64,000 nt of DNA from Felis catus. Its lineage: Eukaryota. Location of the stretch: assembly GCF_018350175.1 (NCBI RefSeq), contig NC_058368.1:206462001-206526000 (forward strand), in the 5' to 3' direction. Shown in pieces: positions 25,081-35,225 of the stretch. The translations under genes were made by a program, and so were the position numbers. The notes under the pieces are model-generated. The model was not told where the DNA came from, ran no database searches, and saw only the letters and a list, made by a program, of their open reading frames with translations. Numbering within the stretch: the stretch's first letter is position 1; every line of letters begins with the position of its first letter.

Positions 25081-26001
25081 ATCCTTGGGTTCTTTTGACT
25101 CGTGTTTGTGGGAGATGCAGGAGAGAAGCATCAAAGGAAAAGGCTTCAAAAGGGAAGGGCTGGAGAGGGTGCAAGGCCTTAGGACATGTTTACACAGCTG
25201 AAAGCGGCTATGGCTGGTAAGGAACACCTTAGAGCCATTAACGTTCCTCCTTCACACCTGACCCTTCCTAGTGTTCTAGAAATCAATTAATTCGAAATTC
25301 AGCCTTGAAATGCTAAACCATTAGACTGATTAACACACTTGCTTAGCTGACTTTATGTAGATAGTCTTTAGCAATTATCCTAATAAAAAGAAGCTTCATT
25401 CTGGAGTCGGGGCCTCGGTTCGACTTGAGTATGAGGACCTTCACTTAACTGCACTTTGTCTGCAGACTCATCTTTTGCGACTCCGGCCATACTCCCTGCA
25501 ACAGATGTTCCCGAAGGTGTAAAGGAAAAAGGGTAGTTGAACAAGTGGCTCTGATATTAAAGCTGAATTGTGGTAAGCTTTCATCGCTAAGGTTCTGATC
25601 TTTCCCTAACTCTTACTTAATGAAATCATAAAGGCCTATGGCTCTTTTGTTCGACTAAAGGTACAAATGTTTTGAGCTTCCGTTATAAGATAGGAGATGG
25701 TTTAAAATAATTTTTTAAATTGTCTATACTAAAGAAAAATGTAAATATATGAGTCTTTAAAAATTACTCCTCCCTGACTAGTATCAAAAAATGGCGAATG
25801 GAACCCATTTATTAAAAAAAATTTTGTGGTGTTTATTCAATTTGCTTCCAGCTTCCACTAAACTAAGAAAGACACATTGAAATGTGGAAATGTTGGAACC
25901 ATCCTTTTTAAAGAAAAAAAAGGCTTTTCAGCAGGGGAAACAACAACTACGAAAATATATGGACATGTCAAAATGTTTCTAAAGGAACTAGAATGAATTT
26001 G

Positions 26002-26189
26002 TTATTTAAATTTTTCTAAATGTTTGTTTCTGAGAGAGACAGAGCATGAGTGGGGAGGGACAGAGAGAAAGGAAGACACAGAAGCTGAGCTGTCAGCACA
26101 GAGCCTGAAGTGGGGCTCGAACCCTCTAACTGCAAGATCGTGACCTGAGCTGAAGTTGGACACTTAACTGACTGAGCCACCCAGGCGCC
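26002..26189 (-). mobile_element. Can-SINE with unusually long TSD
   Basis: Identical 26-mer TTTCTAAAGGAACTAGAATGAATTTG at 25976-26001 and 26201-26226. Confidence 0.92.
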
Positions 26190-26773
26190 TGTAAAAAATA
26201 TTTCTAAAGGAACTAGAATGAATTTGAATACTACCGACAATAAGGACATTTACTGTAAAAAGAAAAAGACACCCACTAAGTTTTCTTTGGACAGCTTTCT
26301 TAGAGAGACTGGAGCACTCCAAATTACTCAACTGAATATTTCTAAATTCTTAGATAAACATTATTATTATGAATTAAGCAATTATAAACAATGTATAAAT
26401 TAAAGCATTTCAGTGTTTGTTATAGTCTGCATATTAATTTTAGACAAAATATTATGGACTAGAGTGCTCATATGTGCTATATTTGCATCAGTCCCTGAGG
26501 TGATCTACAATTACAGTATTTGATCATATTTCATATTTGACCTGAAGGATAATTTTATTATATCCAGAAATCCTTAGGATATGTATTTTTAGCTTTATTT
26601 TCTCACCTATTACTATGGGCATGTAATTTATTTCATATAAGTTTCTTGGTTCAGAATGAAGTATGTAATTAAACATGGGTTCTTTGCAAAAATAAATCAT
26701 ATAGATTCCAGGAATGTATTGTATTATGAATGACAATACCCCATCGAGTGTGTATTGTGTGATATGACTCTGT

Positions 26774-26775
<2 letters not shown>

Positions 26776-26818
<43 letters not shown>
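26776..26818. repeat. (CA)n microsatellite
   Basis: Direct reading. Confidence 0.97.
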
Positions 26819-26821
<3 letters not shown>

Positions 26822-27611
26822 CAATCCTTGTGGTGTGAAGTAAGGAAAGTTTATTTTGTAAAAGCAATGCACTATAATATAGCTCAAAGGACCCCTGGGA
26901 ACTCTGCTCAGATGTTTGGATTTTGTGCAACAAATAATGGTGAGCCAATTAAAGTTTTTCATCGAGGAATGAGATCAGAGTTGTTTTAAGAAGAATGATT
27001 CTGGGAGGAATTGGAAGCAAGAAGAAGATTTAGAAGCCCAAACTGGCTCACATGAGAGAACTCTTGAAAGTTGTAATCATCTTTGTAAAACATTATGAAC
27101 AATTGTTCTATTAAGCTTAAGAATATCATTTCATGCTATAAATACCATCTCAAACCAAATTCTAGTATAGATGAGCTACAGATATGTCAACCTTTTAAGG
27201 AAAAGGTTTAGAACAAACACATTACACTGAGAAAAATGAATCTGTGAATTCTCCCCACTCCTGAAAGTCGTAAAACAAAGCCACCCAGATTGGATTTAAA
27301 AAGCTGTCTCTGTCCGTCTCTTGGAGCCTCAGTGTTCTACAGGAGTAAACCTTGAGAATGGTCCATTCTACTGTTTCTCTTGGCAACGAGGGTTTAAATG
27401 GAAAGGAGGCAACAAGAGCAAGAAAATAAGGGCTATTGGGAAGGAGCTGAGGAGTGGTTGGTGGTAAAGGATGGCAGGAGAGGAGCACTAAAATGTTAAT
27501 AGCTATCATGTGGAAGTCCTTCTCAACAAAACCAAAGCTTCCATTCTGATTTCAGATTGGTGCTAGATGTTTCTTGTTTGATAATCTTCCTTTTAACATT
27601 CTTTTTTTTTA

Positions 27612-27830
27612 GGGGTGCCTGGGTGGTTCATTTGGTTGGGTGTCGGACTCTTGACTTTGGCTCAGGTCACGATCTCACAGTTCATGAGTTCGAGCCCTAC
27701 ATCAGGGTCTGTGCTGACAGTGCAGAGCCTGCTTGGGATTCTCCTTCTTCCTTTCTCTGCCCCTCCCCTGTTTATGCTCTCTCTCTCTCAAAATAAAAAA
27801 ATAAAACTTAAAAAAATAAAATTTTTTATT
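27612..27830 (+). mobile_element. Can-SINE
   Basis: Head, CT tract, A-rich tail. Confidence 0.92.
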
Positions 27831-28599
27831 TTTTTCAAGCAACTAAGTGTTTACAGACAGAAACAGAGAAAGTACTCTTAGAAATGATGTTTGTCTTATC
27901 TCTCAGTGTTCATGCTAGATTGCTAGTGTTCAGAATCATGGAAGCATATGAATTAGGCTTTTGGAAAAACCAACCTCCTCGCTTAAGACAAAATGTTCTG
28001 TAAAGTGTACACTCCACACTCCTGCATGACATTAATAAATAGGTCCTTAATTATGCTTATGTGCCTCTATTCTTGCGAGGCAACCAACTATATACAGCAG
28101 AGCTGGAAAATCCCAGGTGGCTTATGGTTAATGACAAAGGAGCATCAGCAGCACTGACTAATGAGGTATTGAAAGAATGATACAGCCTAATTTTTGTTAA
28201 GCCACTGCACAGATAAATGACTTGCTTGATAGTTACCCGTTGACCTTAATGATAATTGTGCACAAAACAAATAAAAAAAAACCCAACAGAAAGTTTTTGG
28301 CACAACCTTGGCCAGCATTCTTGAGCACAAAGCCAGCTTAAGAAAAGGGTGGAGCAGACGATCTTGTAGTGTCTGCAAAGTAGAAGAAAGTAGCACATAA
28401 GCTTTGACACAACACAGAAGTTGTAATTTTGTGCACAAGGTATACATTGGAAAAGGACAGAGGCAGTGTGTTTTGATGAGTGGGGAATCAGAGAGACTTT
28501 GGTCTGAGTCCTACCAAAGATTGACTCACCTGAGGCAAACCCTTGGTTTTGCTTTCCTCCAAAGTTAACCATGTCAACCATGTCATGGTTTGGAAGTTT

Positions 28600-28825
28600 T
28601 GGGTTTTTTTGAACTTTTTTTAATGTTTTTTTTAAAGTTATTTTTGAGAGAGAGAGACAGAGCACGAGTGGGAGAAGGGCAGAGAGGGAGGGAGACACAG
28701 AATCTGAAGTAGGCTCGAAACTCAGCTTTCAACACAGAGCCCAACATGCGGCTCGAACTCATGAACCTCTAGATCATGACTTGAGCCGAAGTCAAATGCT
28801 TAACTGACTGAGCCACCAGCTGCCC
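28600..28825 (-). mobile_element. Can-SINE
   Basis: TSD TGGTTTGGAAGTT on both sides. Confidence 0.92.
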
Positions 28826-29169
28826 TGGTTTGGAAGTTATTGCAACACAGCTTTTGAATATAGCTATTAAAGTTTATCTCCCAACTTTTAAGGGGTTTGT
28901 ATCTTAAATTCCTTTACCTGATCACGTAAACTTTTGTGGGCATAAGTAGGAGGCAAAAATGCATTGAAAACAAGAATGTTAAATATAACTGAAATATTAT
29001 TGCTGGAAATGTTAAGTCATCTCTTGAAACATTGAGCATACCAAGAATTGGTTTTGGTCCACCTCAAAAAGCAGGAGGTTATAACCTTCAAAGGAAACTC
29101 TCCTAGGAGAGGTTAGGATAGAAAGGGCCAAGCTATGTGCATAATTATCAATGGGGGCCAGTTTGTTTT

Positions 29170-29389
29170 TTTAAAAAATTTTTTTTCAACGTTTATTTAT
29201 TTTTGGGACAGAGAGAGACAGAGCATGAACGGGGGAGGGGCAGAGAGAGAGGGAGACACAGAATCGGAAACAGGCTCCAGGCTCTGAGCCATCAGCCCAG
29301 AGCCTGACACGGGGCTCGAACTCATGGACCGCGAGATCGTGACCTGGCTGAAGTCGGACGCTTAACCGACTGCGCCACCCAGGCGCCCC
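29170..29389 (-). mobile_element. Very young Can-SINE (SINEC_Fc)
   Basis: CpGs intact; TSD A(T/G)GGGGGCCAGTTTGTTTT 29151-29169 / 29390-29408. Confidence 0.96.
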
Positions 29390-30439
29390 AGGGGGGCCAG
29401 TTTGTTTTATTGAAAGTCTTGCTCTGCAACTCCGAACTCGGTTCCCACACAGCCTGAAACTGCATAAATGATGGTGAAGGTAAAGGAAATAAATATACTC
29501 CTCCTTACTTGAGAAAAGTGAATTTAAAATCATATATATGGGGTACAATGGAAGAGTCAGGATGTGCCTCATAGTACGTAACTCTAAGGAAACCATATCT
29601 AGAGTTAACATTTTTAGCTTGACCCACAAAGACTTCATGAAAGGGATTGAGGAAAAATAACTTTTGATATATGTAAGACATAGAGATGAGATTTGAGGCA
29701 AGGTTAAAGGGCTTTTTATTACATATATGTGTGTCATATATATAACCACATATGTATATGTTTGTATATATAAAATATAACACATGCAAAGTTTTATACA
29801 TAGGTAGGCATGTGTATATGTTTATATATGTGTGCATGTTTATATGGTATAATAAATACATCACAATGACAGTAATCATATTTGAAAGCAAAATGAGAAA
29901 ACTGACAGAAATCTTGGGAGTGATTTTGAGGAACCAGTGACATTTTAAATATATTCATATAGACCTTCAAGTTTTCCTTGAAAACCAGAGTGATCTAAGC
30001 AAGACTTCAAGATATTTCCCTGTGTGAAATAAAGACAAGCAGTGGTGTCTTAGAAAAGACTTAGTGCACTCTTAACCTCACATTAAGCTTGTATTTTAGG
30101 ACAATTTTTTGAAAGAATACATCAAAGCATGTGAAACTGGTGCCTAATTATATTGTCATTAGTATACAGTAGATAGTGTTATCATTCTGCATAAAGCACT
30201 ATGAAATGAGTACGTTAAGAATATTTAATTATGTGGGTGAGCGAAATAATAAAGGAAAATTGCTAGTTAATTGCTTTTCTTAGAAATGCTGTTAGGGGTG
30301 GTAGTTGCCCAGCAACATGATTCATCCTAAAGAAATATGCTGTTGGGCTGCTTTCTGCAGAATTATTCTGGGGAAACTAGGAGGGAGAACTAGGACTTGT
30401 TGGTACAGATTTCATTCTTTATTCTCTGTAATGTGCCAC

Positions 30440-30670
30440 TGCCTCTGGGAAGCCTTCCCAGACTTCAGCTGAAAGAACTTTCTATGTGCCGTGAATACTT
30501 TGCCTGTACCTCTATCTAGTATGCTTCTCAGCACGTGGTATTTTAATTATTATTCCATGTGTTTGTTTCTCCTTCCAAACTGGGAAATTATTAGACACAT
30601 GACTGTGTATTATTCTTCCCAAGCCCTAGCTCAGGGTCTGGCACAGAATAGGTGCTTGATGCAGGTTGTG
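30440..30670 (+). mobile_element. L2 3' end
   Basis: cctctgggaagccttcccagac...ccctagctcagggtctggcacagaataggtgcttga. Confidence 0.7.
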
Positions 30671-30844
30671 GGGTTGAAAAGTCTCTTCTCATAGAATCAA
30701 AGGCAGTGGCTGGGGAAAGTGGGTGTGAGCCAAAGGTTCTCCCATTTTGTCCTTTCGGGAGCATCTGAAACAGTCTCATTACCTTTAAAAAGAATCTCCT
30801 GAAGAAATTCAGTCTGTTGACAAACTTTGCTTCCTTCTTTTTCT

Positions 30845-31287
30845 TTTTCTTTTTTTTTCAATATATGAAGTTTGTTGTCAAATTGGTTTCCATACAACAT
30901 CCAGTGCTCATCCCAAAAGGTGCCCTCCTCAATACCCATCACCCACTTTTCCCTCCCTCCCACCCCCCATCAACCCTCAGTTTGTTCTCAGTTTTTAGGA
31001 GTCTCTTATGCTTTGGCTCTCTTCCACTCTAACCCCTCCTTTTTTTCCTTCCCCTCCCCCATGGGTTTCTGTTAAGTTTCTCAGGATCCACCTACCCTAT
31101 GACCCAGCAATAGCACTGCTAGGAATTTACCCAAGGGATACAGGAGTGCTGATGCATAGGGCACTTGTACCCCAATGTTTATAGCAGCACTCTCAACAAT
31201 AGCCAAATTATGGAAAGAGCCTAAATGTCCATCAACTGATGAATGGATAAAAAATTGTGGTTTATATACACAATGGAGTACTACGTG
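30845..31287 (-). mobile_element. Young felid L1, 5'-truncated and 5'-inverted
   Basis: Antisense 3'UTR plus poly(T) at 30845-31091, then sense ORF2 C-terminus (LPYDPAIALLGIYPRDTGVLMHR..PMFIAALSTIAKLWKEPKCPSTDEWIK..YTMEYYV) at 31092-31287; 16-bp TSD GCTTCCTTCTTTTTCT 30829-30844 / 31288-31303. Confidence 0.95.
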
Positions 31288-31829
31288 GCTTCCTTCTTTT
31301 TCTAAATGAAGAAGAGAGAGAGAGAGGGAGGGAGGGAGGGTGGGGGGAAGAAATGCATTTTCTCCTCTTTACATTTCATCTCATTAGAAAAACATCACTT
31401 GGAGGGTATGACTATTTAGAACAATAGAACCATCTATAATTCAGGATCAGTTGTCTTTTATGGATGATTTACATTATCTTAAATACTCTAAACATGTCTT
31501 TTGATCTTCCCCATTTACTCTAATGTGTTATAGATTTGGGTGTGTGTGACAGGAGGAAAGGAAAGTGTAAGTGTTCTACAAAGTAGTTGAACCTATTGCC
31601 TTCTTAATATAAAGTCCTAGGATCCTAAGAAAAAGTATATAAAAACTTTCTCTCGAATTATTTTTCTTGTATGCATTGCAGACTTGCGCACCCATCTCTT
31701 CTCAAGGGTGCATATCTAATGGGGACATGCCTCATAAAAAAATCTAATTTGGAGTCAACAGGGAAGAGGTAGCCCACATAATATTTAAGAATGTGAATGT
31801 ACACATAATGTTTAAGAATGAGAATAAGA

Positions 31830-32038
31830 GGGGCGTCTGGGTGGCTCAGTTGGTTAAGCGTCTGACTTCGGCTCAGGTCATGATCTCATAGGTGAGTTCG
31901 AGTCCCGTGTTGGGCTCTGTGCTGACGGCTCAGAGCCTGGAGTCTGCTTCAGATTCAGTGTTTTCTTGTCTCTCTCTGCCCCTCCCCCAGTCGTGCTCTC
32001 TCTCCTTCTCAAAAATAAATAAACATTTAAAACATTTT
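31830..32038 (+). mobile_element. Can-SINE
   Basis: Head/tail; TSD gaatgagaa. Confidence 0.93.
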
Positions 32039-32574
32039 TGGAATGAGAAAATGAATTTTATTAAGGAACTCATGCCTTTTATCGGGAAAAAAGCAGAAAG
32101 TTGAAAAAAAAAGTCAAAAAAGTAGAACCATAGGTGGTTTATCATTAAAAATAGAGGAACATAAAAGTTTGATTCTGAAAGTATCTGTTAAGGATCAGTT
32201 GCAGATAATAAGAAGTGAAATAGTTGCTTAGAAAACACGTATCAGCTTTGAGAGGAGGAGGAAAGTGATATGTAAATTACCAACCAGAGCCATAAACCAG
32301 CCACAGTGTTCAGCTATGGTGGCACTAGAAGTGCGTAATTATATTGGGAATTATCTTCCCTCCCTCCCTGCCTGTCTCTTGCAGACTAAAATGAACACTT
32401 GGGGGTAACACTTAAGGAGGAAAGTAGGAAAATGAGAGCATATTGCTGACACACACATACATGTACACGTGACGAGGCTCTAACGGTAGAGAGGTAATTG
32501 TCGATGGATTGCTTTGGAGCTCACCTCTGTTAGTGTTGATCTGGATCCCAGCCTTCCTTCTCTCTCTCTCTCTC

Positions 32575-32671
32575 TTTTTTAAGTAATCTCGACACCCAGT
32601 GTGGGGCTCAAACCTACAACCCCTAGATCAAAAGTCACACATTCTACCGACTGAGCCAGCCAGGCACTCCC
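32575..32671 (-). mobile_element. Short carnivore tRNA-SINE
   Basis: aagtaatctc...ctaccgactgagccagccaggcactcc. Confidence 0.85.
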
Positions 32672-32714
32672 CTGGCCTTCCCTCTCTAAATCAGTGCCTG
32701 GCTCCTTAGCCCAG

Positions 32715-32716
<2 letters not shown>

Positions 32717-32759
<43 letters not shown>
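32717..32759. repeat. (TG)n microsatellite
   Basis: Direct reading. Confidence 0.97.
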
Positions 32760-32760
<1 letters not shown>

Positions 32761-33214
32761 TTGCATGTTAACAGAGACAAAAATTGAGATAAAGACAAAG
32801 CTAGAAAGTAACAGTGACATAGAAGATGGGAAGAGATATTTGTTCATTTTTTCCTACCATGTATCAATTATATCCTCGATATTATATTAAAAGGACAAGA
32901 AAATGAAATGCCAAATGGTTTAATGTATAAATTCCTAAGCATTTTTTTTAAATTTCAGAGATTTATTTTGAAAACCAGGCTTAATGTCAAAAATTTTCTA
33001 ACCACATTTGGCTTTAGACTTGCACTGGGATTTCATGTCATTTTCACTTTTCAATTTCTTGAAATATACGAAATATCTATAATTTGTAGCTAACAGCTCC
33101 TATGGAATACTGTGATAGTCTGGATTAAAACCACTACATTGGAAAAAATAAATTGGCACAACAGTGTGTTAAACGAAGATCCTTCTCTGGGCTTTTCATT
33201 CCCCATATATTTGG

Positions 33215-33414
33215 TTTTTTTTCAAAATTTTTAATGTTTTATTTCATTTTGAGTGGGGGAGGGGCAGAGAGAGACACACACACACAGAATTTGAAGCAGC
33301 CTCCAGGCTCTGAGCTGTCAGCACAGAGACTGACACGGGCTCAAACCCACGAGCCGTGAGATCATGACCTGAGCTGAAGTCAGACACTTAACCACTGAAC
33401 CACCCAGACACCCC
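33215..33414 (-). mobile_element. Can-SINE
   Basis: Antisense body; TSD cccatatatttg / cccatgtatttg. Confidence 0.9.
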
Positions 33415-33914
33415 TCCCATGTATTTGTTTTATTTAGTGACCCATATATTTAAGATGTTTCTAAAAAGAACGTAACTTGATATATCAGTATGATAATAAA
33501 TGAGCATCCTTTGTTTAATTTGGCTTGTTTCCATTCCATCCCTGTAGCACAGACTTTATTTTTTATAATTTTATAGATAAGGAAACCAAGACCCATAAAG
33601 TTTAAGGAGCTTTCCTAAAGGCTCACTGCTGGCCACCTCAGTGAATGACCTGTCTCCTTCCACTACAAGGCACTGCTGAGTGTCAGTCCTAAGTCATTTG
33701 AAGCTTGGAGTCATGCAGTCCAGGACTTTTGCTAATTCAGCTGATGATGGGAATGGCAATCATGAACAGATACTATTGTTTCCACTTAAGCTGATTATGG
33801 CTTTAATTTCATATTTTGTTTTTTTCCCTCTTTAGTACATTCTGATTGCAAATCTGGAAAGTTCTTTCTTAATAAGCTAAATTGCCAGGCTTATGCTCCA
33901 AAGTAGTTTTTTAA

Positions 33915-34117
33915 AGTTTATTTATTTATTTTTGAGAGAGAGAAAGAAAGAGCACACAAGAGAGGATCAGAGAGAGAGGGAGAGAGAGAATCCCAAGCAG
34001 GCTCCAAGCTGTCAGCCCAGAGCTTGATGCGGGGCTCAAACTCACGAACCGTGAGATCATGACCTGAGCCAAAACCAAGAGTTGGATGCTCAACAGAGTG
34101 AGCCATGCAGGTGTCCC
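33915..34117 (-). mobile_element. Can-SINE
   Basis: Antisense body; TSD aaagtagttttt / aaagcagttttt. Confidence 0.92.
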
Positions 34118-34914
34118 TAAAGCAGTTTTTGAATTATTTTGCAGTACATGTATAATTAGTAGGGGTCATTATTTAACCCACAAATTTGACCACTTACTTC
34201 TATTTTAAAAGAGACGTAATGTCACAAAGATGATTTATGGTGATGAGGGTAGTCGTTGTTCCTAAGCTCCTTCATCTTGGAGTTGAAGCAGTGTTCTGAC
34301 CCTTCCTTCAAAGCTCCTATAGTTTTCCCAGCAGGGTTAGTAGAAGAAAATGTTATCTGGGTTTCTTGGCAAAACTTTTAGACCTAAGGCTTCATAGTTT
34401 TTTTTAGTTTCCATCTGCAGACATGCAGATGCTCTCCACTCCTTGTCTCTTTGTTTCCCCTCTCGTCCTTGCCGGATCCCAGCTGGGGATAGCAGACAGT
34501 GGCACTTGTTTCTTACTATTGACATTAGAGGCGGTGTCTGTCCATTCAGGAGAGGACCTGTGGACTTAGAGGTAATTCAGTGGGGATGATCCAGTGCCAA
34601 AGCCAATAAGCATATTTTCTCTTCAGCTTTGACTCTAATGTGCAAGACTCAGAATATCACCATTTACTTACCTGGTAGGATCTCCATTACGTGCTTGGCT
34701 TCAGAGGTGTCACACATGGGACGGACTCTATTGCTGGCTTACTTCCATGCCAGTGTACCCGGCTCCGGGTATAAATCACGTTTGGTGTAAAAGCACTTAT
34801 GACAGTCTTGTTGCTCCTTGTCAGTGACTTGTTTGGATGAGCATATGAACCTGTTCTGGAAAATAATCTTTAGGTAATACACTAGGAAAATCCTATTGTT
34901 GTTGAAAACAGGGT

Positions 34915-35132
34915 GCTGTGATACTTAGACCTTGAGGAAAAATATTAAAAACATACTGAGGATGGTGGAGCAGAAAATTTGAAGGCGCCTGCATCCTGAT
35001 GACATCACTGAGCCACTGATTCAATGTTGGGATGGCTTTTCTCTGGTCTTTTTGTTAAGTAATGTCCCTGTGGCTTAAGCCCACCAGTCAGGTTTTCTGT
35101 TACTTGCAGCTAAAACTACTCCTAAGTGCTAG
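34915..35132 (+). mobile_element. MaLR LTR 3' part (MLT1J/K-like)
   Basis: ctgaggatggtggagcagaaa..cctgatgacatcactgagccactg..gttttctgttacttgcagctaaaa. Confidence 0.75.
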
Positions 35133-35225
35133 AATATCCTAAAAGGGGATTGTATATTACATTTTGCTTTTCATAACTTAATTTCACGCTACAGAAGTTC
35201 TTACACTATAATTAAAAGTACAGTT

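Noticed and set aside
29186..29785. Longest ORF in the track (199 aa)
   Set aside because: Runs through AT-rich low-complexity DNA and ends in a SINE-derived peptide (GAPGWRSRLSVRLQPGHDL...); not a gene.
34757..34780. TACCCGG/CCGGGTA hairpin plus TATAAA as a promoter for the retrocopy
   Set aside because: About 450 bp from the retrocopy 5' end with an LTR fragment in between; 7-bp stem is too short to exclude chance.
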